From a virus: DNA of 64,000 bases. The first letter of the stretch is position 1, and every line of letters begins with the position of its first letter. Positions 48,150 to 57,533 of the stretch are shown piece after piece. The translations under genes and the position numbers were made by a program. The stretch is taken from IMG/VR virus record IMGVR_UViG_3300008267_000007, positions 32,001 through 96,000 of that record; one strand, written 5' to 3'. Below the pieces are notes generated by a model that ran no database searches, had not been told where the DNA came from, and saw only the letters and a list, made by a program, of their open reading frames with translations.

Positions 48150-49686
48150 TTATACTGAAATTTTATCTAAACATCTATATACTCTAATTAAAGAGGAACT
48201 TGAAGATGGTGAAGATGATCAAGCTAAGAAATATGCTGAGTATGATGTAGTATTAATTCCGGAAGATGTTAGTAAGGCTATTGAAGCCCTATCTAATGTT
48301 AAGAATTATGGACCTTATGCTCAAAATCTAAGAGATCCTAAAACCATTGAACAAGTATTTGGACCAACTACTCCTGCAACTAAAGGTAGAGTAGCTAAAG
48401 AAACATGGAATAAATTTTCAGAAGGTGAAAAACGTGCTAAGGTACTAGATATTAAGTCTAGAGCTCCTCAAGATTTTGCTTCTGTTGAAACACAATTAAA
48501 TCCTAACTTCCAAACTTGGTCTGAAGAGAATGAAGGGGATTTTATTGATTTCTTAATATCACTTCCTGGAGAATCCTTACCAATGAGTTTTTATGGTAAG
48601 TATGGTGCTAATTTCTTTCTAACTAAAACGCCTGAAAATCTTAAAAAATATAGTGGTGTAATGTCTAAAGGTGTTCACTACACAGCGGATGAAAATGAAT
48701 TAACCTTTCCTAATAATTGGAATCCATTTAAATCTAAAGATTATCTTAAAAAAGTATTAAAACTTATAATGGATGCTGCTGGAGTAGAATATGTTTTTTC
48801 TGAACAAGAATCAGCAGAACAACCTAAAGAAAAAGCAACTAGTATTACTTCACCTGAAAAACCAGGTCAAATAAATTTCGTTAAAACATTCACTGATGAT
48901 GAAGGCGAACCAGATAATGATCTAGCTTTAAAATTCAGAAAATTAGTACCAGATGAATTCAAATTTAAAACCAAAGTTGAAAACGGTAAGATTACAGTAA
49001 GTGATATATCAGCATCTGAAAAGAAAGCTTTGATTAATGCCTCAATTAAATTCCAAGAAAAATATAGTAACCTTTACGAAAATACCAACACAATGAAAGA
49101 CCAATTAAGAACACAGTTAACTTCTATGATTAAAGAAGTTCTTTTAGAAAAAAAATTAACTCCTGCTCAACTTAAGAAAAGAAATAAAGAGGCAGAAGTT
49201 ATTAAAAAGAAAAACCCTAAAATCGATAAAGGTGAAGCATATGCAATTGCTACTAAACATTTGAAAGAAGATAAAGGTGATACTTCATTAGATGATATTG
49301 TAATGTCGTTTGAAGCTGCTCTTGATATTGAGGATGAAGCTAGACAAAAACAAGCTTTAGCTGCGGTTTATAATGAATTAAAAAATAAAGTAAAAGGTAA
49401 AATTAATAAAGCTGTTGATTGGGCTAAAGAAAAAGCACAGGCCTATGATGATAGTTTAGGAGAAGGTCTAAATGAACCTACCCAATTAGCTGCTACTCAA
49501 CAAAATAAAGCTAAATCTAATATAACTAATATTAAAACTTTTTCTCAAGCCGTTAAAGATTTGATAACTCAACTACAAGCAGGAGAAGAAGCAGATTATG
49601 TAAACACCCCAACTTTTAAATCAGTTATGCAATATTTAGATAAAGCCATAGGGGCTAAAGACACCCCAAAAGCACCCACAAAATAA
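48139..49686 (+). CDS. Multi-module protein with internal (L/I)xE junctions
   Basis: LIKE, LYE, MIKEVLLE, HLKE, GLNE. Confidence 0.7.
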   Translation: MKNNYTEILSKHLYTLIKEELEDGEDDQAKKYAEYDVVLIPEDVSKAIEALSNVKNYGPYAQNLRDPKTIEQVFGPTTPATKGRVAKETWNKFSEGEKRAKVLDIKSRAPQDFASVETQLNPNFQTWSEENEGDFIDFLISLPGESLPMSFYGKYGANFFLTKTPENLKKYSGVMSKGVHYTADENELTFPNNWNPFKSKDYLKKVLKLIMDAAGVEYVFSEQESAEQPKEKATSITSPEKPGQINFVKTFTDDEGEPDNDLALKFRKLVPDEFKFKTKVENGKITVSDISASEKKALINASIKFQEKYSNLYENTNTMKDQLRTQLTSMIKEVLLEKKLTPAQLKKRNKEAEVIKKKNPKIDKGEAYAIATKHLKEDKGDTSLDDIVMSFEAALDIEDEARQKQALAAVYNELKNKVKGKINKAVDWAKEKAQAYDDSLGEGLNEPTQLAATQQNKAKSNITNIKTFSQAVKDLITQLQAGEEADYVNTPTFKSVMQYLDKAIGAKDTPKAPTK

Positions 49687-50243
49687 TGATTAAATTAGCT
49701 GATATACTAAAAGAGATAGAGGAACCTGTAAATTTTTCAGCATTAGCAAATATAGATGATGTTGTAAAAAAGGAACTAGAAAAAGCACAAGAAGACCAAC
49801 CTGTAAATGAAGTAGTTGGTTTAACAGTAGCTGCATTTATTATAGCTTTACCAGGAATGATTAATGGTATATTTAGAATTATAAAAGCTATAAAAGATAA
49901 AGCTCCTCCAAGATTTAATCTATCTAAATCAGATGATAATCAATCTCATATTGATTATATAATTGATTTTACTAATAAAATGGATGAGTATCTTGACACT
50001 CCTTTTAGATTGATGTTAACCCCTTTTATAAAAGACGAAACAAAAAGAGATAAAGTAGCAAAACTTATAAAAGCTCTAACATTATTAATAATGTCATTGG
50101 GAATAGATATAACAAAATCCCCAAATATAATGGCCGTAGGTAAAGAATTAGCGGGTGATAAATTTACAGATTTAGCTTTTAGTAAAACAACAGCTGATTT
50201 AATAATTAAAGTAAAACCTATAATACAAAATATCTTCAAATAA
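49686..50243 (+). CDS. Leader-bearing protein with hydrophobic helices
   Basis: MIKLADILKE; PVNE-VVGLTVAAFIIALPG. Confidence 0.7.
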   Translation: MIKLADILKEIEEPVNFSALANIDDVVKKELEKAQEDQPVNEVVGLTVAAFIIALPGMINGIFRIIKAIKDKAPPRFNLSKSDDNQSHIDYIIDFTNKMDEYLDTPFRLMLTPFIKDETKRDKVAKLIKALTLLIMSLGIDITKSPNIMAVGKELAGDKFTDLAFSKTTADLIIKVKPIIQNIFK

Positions 50244-51071
50244 ATGGATCAATCAGATTTAAGAAATATAATTAGAGAAACCATAGAACATATCTTTCAA
50301 GAAAGTAAAGTATCTTCTCTTCAAGAAAATGTTTTATTAACTGAAGATAAAGTCTCTAAAAACCTACAATACCATTTAGATAAAAACATCCCATTACATG
50401 AGAATGCTTTTAGATATGGTACTGAAGCTCAATTATCTTTATTCAAAGAAGTAAGAAAACTTTATAATGAAGATAAACTGTATTTAAATCCTGAAGATAG
50501 GTGGTTAGTTGAAAACACTGATATTGGGAATTATGGTTTATTTGAAGGTCAATTTGTAGCTTTAGATGTACCAATGATTGAAGAGGATGTTAATCCTACT
50601 GATACAATTACAATGGATGTTCCATTATTTATTCGCATGCTAGAATATGCTAGAGAGGATGCTAAGACCGATATGGACTTACATGATGTGGCAGAAAAAG
50701 CGCTTGCTTTGAGTACTACTGGCGCTACATTAACTATGGCGAATTATGAGAGTATTGCGGGTAAATCGTTGAATGAAGCTGAATATCAAGGTAAAGAAGT
50801 TAAATTAAGTAAACCAAAACGTGGTGGGTCTAAAAAATTCTATGTTTATGTTAAGGACGGAGACAAAGTAAAAAAAGTTTCATTTGGAGCAGCAGGTGGT
50901 GGTCAAAATTTAGCAGTTAAGATTAGAGATCCTAAAGCAAGAAGAGCATTCGCTGCTCGCCAAAATTGTGATAGAAAAAAAGATAAAACAACTCCTGGAT
51001 ATTGGTCTTGTAATATAGGTCGTTATTGGAAATCATTAGGTGGAGGTTCAAACTTTAGCGGATACTGGTAG
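50244..51071 (+). CDS. Three-module leader-bearing protein
   Basis: Modules separated by LLTE, MIEE and SLNE; last module KKFYVYV..KKVSFG..YWSC. Confidence 0.75.
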   Translation: MDQSDLRNIIRETIEHIFQESKVSSLQENVLLTEDKVSKNLQYHLDKNIPLHENAFRYGTEAQLSLFKEVRKLYNEDKLYLNPEDRWLVENTDIGNYGLFEGQFVALDVPMIEEDVNPTDTITMDVPLFIRMLEYAREDAKTDMDLHDVAEKALALSTTGATLTMANYESIAGKSLNEAEYQGKEVKLSKPKRGGSKKFYVYVKDGDKVKKVSFGAAGGGQNLAVKIRDPKARRAFAARQNCDRKKDKTTPGYWSCNIGRYWKSLGGGSNFSGYW

Positions 51072-51454
51072 TGGATGATTTAAACGAAAAAAAGAAAAAA
51101 CGTGATAGATGTTTACGTATAGCTGATCGAAAATATAATAAACCATCAGCTTATAAATCAGCTGCTGCTGAAAGATGTCGTCAGGGTGATATATGGAAAG
51201 ATTTAAAAGAAGCCTTTAAACAAGTTCTTCAAGAAGATGAATCACTTTATAAATGGCTTAAAAGACAAGGCCCACCAGGTAAAGAAGGAGGATGGGTAGA
51301 TTGTAATACTTGTCGTAAAGTAGACGGTAAAACAAAATGTAAAGCATGTGGTAGGAAAAAAGGAGAAAAACGTGCAAAATATCCTTCATGCCGTCCTACA
51401 CCTAAAAAATGTAAAGATCCTGGAAAGGGTAAAACTTGGGGAAAAACAAAATGA
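51071..51454 (+). CDS. Basic Cys-rich two-module protein
   Basis: GTG start; PSAYKS, WVDC, KYPSCRP. Confidence 0.7.
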   Translation: MDDLNEKKKKRDRCLRIADRKYNKPSAYKSAAAERCRQGDIWKDLKEAFKQVLQEDESLYKWLKRQGPPGKEGGWVDCNTCRKVDGKTKCKACGRKKGEKRAKYPSCRPTPKKCKDPGKGKTWGKTK

Positions 51455-51696
51455 TAAAACTACAAGACATATTAACAGAAAATTATGGTGGACCAGGTGA
51501 AATGGTTTTACCTCCAAACCATAAAGCAGGATTAAAAGTACCTAAAGGTGGTTCATGTTGTGCTAATTGTAAATGGTGGAAACAAGAAGAAAAAATTTGT
51601 GTTAGTACTTATTATGTTGAGTGGGCGGGTACAAATACTATACCATATGCCGCTGATGAATATTGCACAAATTGGTGGGAACCTATAACTAAATAA
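51451..51696 (+). CDS. Small Cys-rich leader-bearing protein (start corrected)
   Basis: MIKLQDILTE; CCANCKWW...C...YCTNW. Confidence 0.7.
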   Translation: MIKLQDILTENYGGPGEMVLPPNHKAGLKVPKGGSCCANCKWWKQEEKICVSTYYVEWAGTNTIPYAADEYCTNWWEPITK

Positions 51697-51700
51697 TATC

Positions 51701-52045
51701 ATGATAAAATTAAACAACTTACTAAACGAAGCTACCCTCGACAAAATATTCCACATTAATGGAACTCTTATTGTTGATGATAATGCTAGAAACCAAAAAG
51801 ACATCCTTTCAGATGTTCGAGCTTTACCTGGCATTACAGTGGTAAGAAACGTGGAGATGGATCAAGATCCTACCTCAAGATACTTTAGAAGTAGATTAGA
51901 AGTAAAAATCGATCCCTATCCATACACAAAACAACATAAGTTCAATGGGGAAGAAACTATTCAAACCATTGCGGATAACATAAAAAAGGTACCTGGTGTA
52001 ATAGGATTTAAACAAGATGGTGTTACTTATGTTACTGAAGTATAA
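51701..52045 (+). CDS. Leader-bearing hypothetical protein
   Basis: MIKLNNLLNE; DVRALPGITVV. Confidence 0.7.
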   Translation: MIKLNNLLNEATLDKIFHINGTLIVDDNARNQKDILSDVRALPGITVVRNVEMDQDPTSRYFRSRLEVKIDPYPYTKQHKFNGEETIQTIADNIKKVPGVIGFKQDGVTYVTEV

Positions 52046-52312
52046 ATGAAACCCTATCAAGAAGTTATAGATAGAGACAATTCACGTTTACGTGAATTTA
52101 AAACTAATATAGATACTCATGAGTTAGTATGGCATAAAGATCAAAAAGATCGTCATATTACTATATTAGAAGGAGGAGGGTGGCAATTTCAAATGGATAA
52201 TGAATTGCCTTTAATTCTTCAAAAAGGAGATAATATATTTATACCTAAAGAGACCTACCATAGAGTAATAAAGGGTTCTTCTGATTTATTAATTAGCATA
52301 ATAGAAACATAA
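52046..52312 (+). CDS. Cupin-domain protein
   Basis: WHKD..R..ILEG..W..GDNIFIPKETYHRV. Confidence 0.8.
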   Translation: MKPYQEVIDRDNSRLREFKTNIDTHELVWHKDQKDRHITILEGGGWQFQMDNELPLILQKGDNIFIPKETYHRVIKGSSDLLISIIET

Positions 52313-53047
52313 ATGAGTATTAAACAATACAAATTAAAAGATTTACCTGATAAAGTAAGGAACCCCCATACAAGTATTAGATTTAAAGGAGATAAAACAA
52401 CCTATTCTAGCATATTTGTAACTTCTAGTAATAAGTCTGTTAGAGTGAAAAATGAACAAACTGGTGAAACCAGAACTTTCCCTATTAAAGATATAATTAG
52501 AATAGGTAATGATGATATTCAAATTGTTAATGAGAGTTTAGAACTCCTTAAGCAAATTATCAAAGAGGAAATTGAGGATTTCAAATCTTCTGAACCTCTT
52601 ACATTTGAAGGTAACCCATTAGAATTTATCTTACAAAAATATGATACATTAGACGCTACAATGATTGATCTAATGACACCATCATTTAGAGATTACATAA
52701 CTGGGATATTCATTATAGCACCTAAACCAACCACTTTTAGAGTATTGCTTCATAATAACCAAGAATTCCATTTAATATACGGTCCTCAGGCTTACATTGC
52801 TAGAATATCAGGTAAAAAATATAACTTAATTAATTTGTCTGAAGAGGAATTTGCTATCAAATCTATAGCCCAATTATTAGAGTTAGGTATGCCTCCAGGA
52901 AGTGAAGGTCCAGCTGAAGAGAATAAAAATGAAGCGGACTTACAAAGCAATTCCCAAGAAGAGACCCAAGCCGAAACACCACCTGAAGAAGAAACACCTC
53001 CAGCTGATTTAAAAGAATCAATTAAAAAATTTAGAATAAAATTATAA
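52313..53047 (+). CDS. Hypothetical two-module protein
   Basis: Internal VNE..LKQIIKEE junction. Confidence 0.7.
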   Translation: MSIKQYKLKDLPDKVRNPHTSIRFKGDKTTYSSIFVTSSNKSVRVKNEQTGETRTFPIKDIIRIGNDDIQIVNESLELLKQIIKEEIEDFKSSEPLTFEGNPLEFILQKYDTLDATMIDLMTPSFRDYITGIFIIAPKPTTFRVLLHNNQEFHLIYGPQAYIARISGKKYNLINLSEEEFAIKSIAQLLELGMPPGSEGPAEENKNEADLQSNSQEETQAETPPEEETPPADLKESIKKFRIKL

Positions 53048-53052
53048 ATAAA

Positions 53053-53083
53053 TTTGGCTCCCCAAAGGAGCCTTATTATATTA
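53053..53083 (+). promoter_or_regulatory. Palindrome promoter
   Basis: TTTGGCTCCCCAAAGGAGCCTTATTATATT. Confidence 0.7.
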
Positions 53084-53104
53084 TACTAATTTAACAAATC
53101 TGTT

Positions 53105-53890
53105 ATGAACAAAATTAATAAAAAGAGATTATTTTTTGACATCGAAACCAGCCCAAACATTGGATTTTTCTGGCAATCGGGATATAAATTAAATATACCA
53201 TATGGTAATATTATTAAAGAGAGAGCCATTATTTGTATTTGTTATAAATGGGAAGGTGACGATAAGGTATATTCTTTAAATTGGGATAAAAACCAAGATG
53301 ATAAAGAATTATTAGAAAAATTTATTACTGTAGCTAATGATGCCCATGAATTAGTAGGTCACAATGGGGATAAATTTGATTTGCCTTGGATTAGAACACG
53401 TTGTCTATTCCATGGTATTCCTTGTTTCCCTAATTACACTACAATTGATACTTTAAAACAAGCTCGTTCTAAATTTAGATTCAATAGTAATACTTTGAAT
53501 TACATTGCCCAATATTTAAATGTTGGTGAAAAATCTGAAACTGGTGGATTTGATTTGTGGAAAGATATTGTATTAAACAATAGTCAAACTGCAATGAAAA
53601 CCATGGTAGATTATTGTAAAAATGATGTAGTAATTCTAGAGAAAGTATTCCACCATCTTAAAAATTATGTTCCTCATAAATCTCATTTTGGAGTATTAGC
53701 AACAGGTGAAAAAACATCTTGTCCCGAATGTGGATCAGAAGATTTAAAACATTCTCAAACTCGTTATTCAGCCGCTGGAACTCCACGTGTTCAAATGCAG
53801 TGTAGAGATTGTCACAAATACCACACAGTAGCTAATAGAACTTATGAAGCCATAACAGCCCAACAATTACAAGAGGGGGTAAAAAAGTAA
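53105..53890 (+). CDS. RNase H-fold 3'-5' exonuclease (DEDDy) with C-terminal zinc ribbon
   Basis: FFDIET, GHNGDKFD, YCKND; CPECG...CRDC. Confidence 0.88.
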   Translation: MNKINKKRLFFDIETSPNIGFFWQSGYKLNIPYGNIIKERAIICICYKWEGDDKVYSLNWDKNQDDKELLEKFITVANDAHELVGHNGDKFDLPWIRTRCLFHGIPCFPNYTTIDTLKQARSKFRFNSNTLNYIAQYLNVGEKSETGGFDLWKDIVLNNSQTAMKTMVDYCKNDVVILEKVFHHLKNYVPHKSHFGVLATGEKTSCPECGSEDLKHSQTRYSAAGTPRVQMQCRDCHKYHTVANRTYEAITAQQLQEGVKK

Positions 53891-53911
53891 TATTTATTTG
53901 TAAACCATACT

Positions 53912-54136
53912 ATGAAATTAAACGAATACCTAAAAGAAATACAAGAAGTCCAAATAAAAGTTGGAGATAGTTTTGCTTTAAGAGGAGATATTGGTATATT
54001 CAAAAAGGGAGAAACAGTGGAAGTTATTGATAAAAAATCTTATGGTAATGATATTGAATTAACATTGTCTAACAACAAAGGTAAAGAAGATAAGTTTTAT
54101 TTAGATAAAAACGATGACTTTGAAGAACTAGGATAA
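53912..54136 (+). CDS. Small leader-bearing SH3-like protein
   Basis: MKLNEYLKE; IKVGD. Confidence 0.65.
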   Translation: MKLNEYLKEIQEVQIKVGDSFALRGDIGIFKKGETVEVIDKKSYGNDIELTLSNNKGKEDKFYLDKNDDFEELG

Positions 54137-54591
54137 TGAAAAGATCAGAATTAAAAGAGATTATTAGAGAAGAGTTCAAAAGGATTCTTAGAGAACAAGA
54201 CCCTGAACAAGACCCTGAACTTAGTATTGGAGACAGAATAGAACCTGAACCCGAGGCTGAACCTTCACCTGAACCCGATAAACCAGAAACTGAAATCCCC
54301 GAAGAACAACCACTTCAAAATATTTCTAAGTTAGATGCAGCTCAAAAGATAAGGGATACTAAAGGAAGAATGTTTACAGTTACTTTTATTAAAAAGTCAA
54401 ATGGTCAAAAGAGGGTAATGAATGCCCGTTTAGGAGTTAAAGCATATCTAAGAGGAGGAGTATTACCTTACGATCCTAATACAAAAGGATTAATTCCTTG
54501 CTATGATGTGCAGAAAAAAGATTACACAATGATTAACATCCCAGGTATTGTTAATTTAAAAGTTGGGGGAGTAGAATATAATGTAATATAA
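54136..54591 (+). CDS. Leader + Glu/Pro linker + SH3/WYL-like domain
   Basis: MKRSELKEIIREE; FTVTFIKKSNGQKRVMNARLGV. Confidence 0.75.
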   Translation: MKRSELKEIIREEFKRILREQDPEQDPELSIGDRIEPEPEAEPSPEPDKPETEIPEEQPLQNISKLDAAQKIRDTKGRMFTVTFIKKSNGQKRVMNARLGVKAYLRGGVLPYDPNTKGLIPCYDVQKKDYTMINIPGIVNLKVGGVEYNVI

Positions 54592-54612
54592 AATAATAAA
54601 CTAATTAATAAG

Positions 54613-54643
54613 TTTGGCTCCGTAAAGGAGCCTTCTTACATTT
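54613..54643 (+). promoter_or_regulatory. Palindrome promoter
   Basis: TTTGGCTCCGTAAAGGAGCCTTCTTACATTT. Confidence 0.7.
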
Positions 54644-54662
54644 AACCATAAAATTTAAACAT

Positions 54663-55961
54663 ATGAATAAACAAATTGTAATTGTAGGAGCTGGAGTAGC
54701 TGGTATAAATGCCGCTACTAAACTAGTAGATAACAATTTTAAGGGTAAAATAACAATTATCGATATGGGGAAAGACCCCCATAAACGATTGCCAAGTGAA
54801 GTAATGACTGGCATGTTAGGTGCTGGTGGTTGGTCTGATGGTAAATTAACGTACCACACAGCTATTGGTGGTCAATTATCAAAGTACTGCGGTGAAGAAA
54901 AAGCCATGGAGTTAATGGATCAAGTTATTACTAACTTTAAACGTTTCCACCCTAAACCTGAAGAAGTACAATGCTCAAATCCAGTTGCTGAACCTGATTT
55001 TATTAAACCACAATTTGGTTTACGTTTATTTCCTGTATGGCATGTTGGAACTGATTATTTATTAGAAATTGCTAAAAATTGGTACCAATATTTAGTTGAT
55101 AATGGAGTTGAATTTGTATGGGAAACTAAAGTAACTGATATATTATTTAATATTAATGCAATTCATCTACAAGGAGGAAGTATTATAAAATATGATGAAC
55201 TTATATTTGGTGTAGGTAAATCAGGTATTGACTTTGGTAAAATATTAGCTGAAAAGTACGACTTACCAACTGAACCTAAATCAGTACAAATAGGTGTTCG
55301 CTTTGAAGCACCACAAAAACACTTCCAAAAATTGATTGATGTATCATATGACTTTAAATTATATAGAAAATTTGAAGACAAAGGAGTATCATTACGTTCA
55401 TTCTGTACTAACAATAATGCGGCGTATGTTGCAGTAGAAGAAACATACGGAAACTTTTCATATAATGGTCATGCTAAAAAAGATGAGAAGTATAGAAATG
55501 ATATGACTAACTTTGGTATCATAATGGAGTTAAATGGAATTGAAGATCCATTTACTTGGAGTAGAGATTTAGTTAAACAATTGCAAATTGGTGGTAAGGG
55601 ATTATATTACTCCCCATCACGCAAACCATCATTTACTTCAGAAGGAAATCATGTAGAAACAACTCAAATCGATAATGCTGCAATGCATGAAGTAAGAGAA
55701 GCATTTGAGGGGTATTTTAACTACATTGATAGCTTTATTGAAGGGATGAAAGAAGTATTTCCTACATTAAAAGACGATTGGGGTATGTACATACCTGAAG
55801 TAAAATATCTATCTCCAGAACCACTTGTTGATTATACTAACTTAGCTTTGACTAAATATCCAAACGTGCATTTCGTTGGTGATGCTCTTTCTGCTAGAGG
55901 TATAACAGTAAGTGGAGCACAAGGGATTTATGTTGCCGAAGATATTTTGAGATACGAATAA
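54663..55961 (+). CDS. FAD-dependent oxidoreductase
   Basis: IVIVGAGVAG, GAGGWSDGKL, HVGTD, FVGDA...RGI..SGAQG. Confidence 0.9.
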   Translation: MNKQIVIVGAGVAGINAATKLVDNNFKGKITIIDMGKDPHKRLPSEVMTGMLGAGGWSDGKLTYHTAIGGQLSKYCGEEKAMELMDQVITNFKRFHPKPEEVQCSNPVAEPDFIKPQFGLRLFPVWHVGTDYLLEIAKNWYQYLVDNGVEFVWETKVTDILFNINAIHLQGGSIIKYDELIFGVGKSGIDFGKILAEKYDLPTEPKSVQIGVRFEAPQKHFQKLIDVSYDFKLYRKFEDKGVSLRSFCTNNNAAYVAVEETYGNFSYNGHAKKDEKYRNDMTNFGIIMELNGIEDPFTWSRDLVKQLQIGGKGLYYSPSRKPSFTSEGNHVETTQIDNAAMHEVREAFEGYFNYIDSFIEGMKEVFPTLKDDWGMYIPEVKYLSPEPLVDYTNLALTKYPNVHFVGDALSARGITVSGAQGIYVAEDILRYE

Positions 55962-55980
55962 TTTTTATTATATTAAACAC

Positions 55981-56235
55981 ATGGAAGAACAAGAACAAAA
56001 ACAAGATTACAAATCAAGAACACTTACTACTGAAGACGGTAGAACAATTATATATTTTGACGGAAAACTCCATTCATGGGATGAACCGGCTCTTAAATAC
56101 AAAAAAGAATTAAAAAAGAAAGATGAATATTATTTGTATGGTTTTCAATACACTAAAGAAGAATGGTTGGAAGCACGTAGAGACAGACACGGAGTACCAC
56201 CAGAGAAAAACCCACAAGTAACATCAAGATTTTAA
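55981..56235 (+). CDS. Hypothetical protein
   Basis: DGKLHSWDEPAL...EYYLYG. Confidence 0.7.
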   Translation: MEEQEQKQDYKSRTLTTEDGRTIIYFDGKLHSWDEPALKYKKELKKKDEYYLYGFQYTKEEWLEARRDRHGVPPEKNPQVTSRF

Positions 56236-56243
56236 TAAATAAA

Positions 56244-56273
56244 TTTGGCTCCCATAGGGAGCCTTATTATATT
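56244..56273 (+). promoter_or_regulatory. Palindrome promoter
   Basis: TTTGGCTCCCATAGGGAGCCTTATTATATT. Confidence 0.7.
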
Positions 56274-56300
56274 GTATAAATAAAACTAATAAAATAAGTT

Positions 56301-56831
56301 ATGAGAATAGGATTAACCGGTACCGTGTCTGTAGGCAAAACAACATTAGTTAATGCTTTAAAAGAATTACCACAATTTAAAGATTATCATTTTGCTACTG
56401 AACGTAGTAAATATTTAAGAGATTTAGGTATTCCATTAAACACTGATTCTACATTAAAGGGTCAAACTGTGTTTTTAGCTGAACGATGTGCAGAATTGAT
56501 TAATGAAAATTTAATTACTGATAGAACAGTTATTGATGTAATGGCATTTACTCAAAATGCTGAATCCATTGGTCTTACAGATAAAGAAAAATTTAGAAAG
56601 TATGCTTCTGATTTTATCAAAGAATATGATTATATTTTTTACATCTCTCCTGAAGGAGTAGAAATTGAAGATAATGGGGTGCGCACTATTGATGCTGAAT
56701 ATAGAGAACTAATTGATTCAACTATTAGACATTTTATCAATACATACAATGGCAAACTACAAAACTGCAAACAAATATCAGGCACTACAGAACAACGCAT
56801 CAAACAAATACTAGAAGTTATTTCTCTATAA
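56301..56831 (+). CDS. P-loop nucleoside/nucleotide kinase (AAA_28/NadR-like)
   Basis: GTVSVGKTT, ITDRTVID, EDNGVR. Confidence 0.8.
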   Translation: MRIGLTGTVSVGKTTLVNALKELPQFKDYHFATERSKYLRDLGIPLNTDSTLKGQTVFLAERCAELINENLITDRTVIDVMAFTQNAESIGLTDKEKFRKYASDFIKEYDYIFYISPEGVEIEDNGVRTIDAEYRELIDSTIRHFINTYNGKLQNCKQISGTTEQRIKQILEVISL

Positions 56832-56867
56832 TATTTATATCAAAACCATAACTTAAAAAATAAAAAA

Positions 56868-57515
56868 ATGAACATTAATAATGATTTTGATTTAAAGAAA
56901 GCAAAGAATTTCCTTTTAACTGAAAATTTTGACGCTTCTTACTTACAAGAAGAAGATTTAGATGAGAACGAAGAAGTTTCTCTAGAAGAAATGGCTAAAC
57001 TAACTAGTGCAGGAGGTGAATATACTCCACTAGGACAAAAAGTAGCAGCTATTATTAAAGCACAACCTGAATTAGAAAAATCAGCATTGTTGAAAGTTCT
57101 TAATACCGATCCTGAAATTGCTAAAATGTTAGATGATAGCGAAGAAGAATTACATCAAAATCAAACAAATAAATTTGCTGCTTTAGTTCGTGGTTCAAGA
57201 GAATTAGGACAAAGAGGTAGAAAAGCAGATCCAAACAAACCTGCTGCTGAACCAAAAGAGCCAAGAGTTGCTAAAGCCCCGGGAGAAAAGAGAATTAAAA
57301 TCACTACTCCTAAATCTGAACCAACAACAGACGAAACACCAATCGATAATACAATTGGATTAGGTCAAGATGAGATGATTAAAGAAAAACGTAAACTTGA
57401 AGCTGAAAGAATGGAAGCAGCTAAGGCTTATAAAGCTGGTGATGAGTCAGTTTTACCTAAGATGAAAGAATTAACTGCTCAAATTAACAAATTGAATAAA
57501 AAATTAGGAGTATAA
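56868..57515 (+). CDS. Leader-bearing hypothetical protein
   Basis: FDLKKAKNFLLTE; YKAGDESVLPKMKEL. Confidence 0.7.
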   Translation: MNINNDFDLKKAKNFLLTENFDASYLQEEDLDENEEVSLEEMAKLTSAGGEYTPLGQKVAAIIKAQPELEKSALLKVLNTDPEIAKMLDDSEEELHQNQTNKFAALVRGSRELGQRGRKADPNKPAAEPKEPRVAKAPGEKRIKITTPKSEPTTDETPIDNTIGLGQDEMIKEKRKLEAERMEAAKAYKAGDESVLPKMKELTAQINKLNKKLGV

Positions 57516-57533
57516 AAATTCCTAAATTTAGTT

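Noticed and set aside
54192-54285. GAACAAGACCCT tandem and GAACC(T/C) repeats
   Set aside because: Explained as a coding Glu/Pro linker
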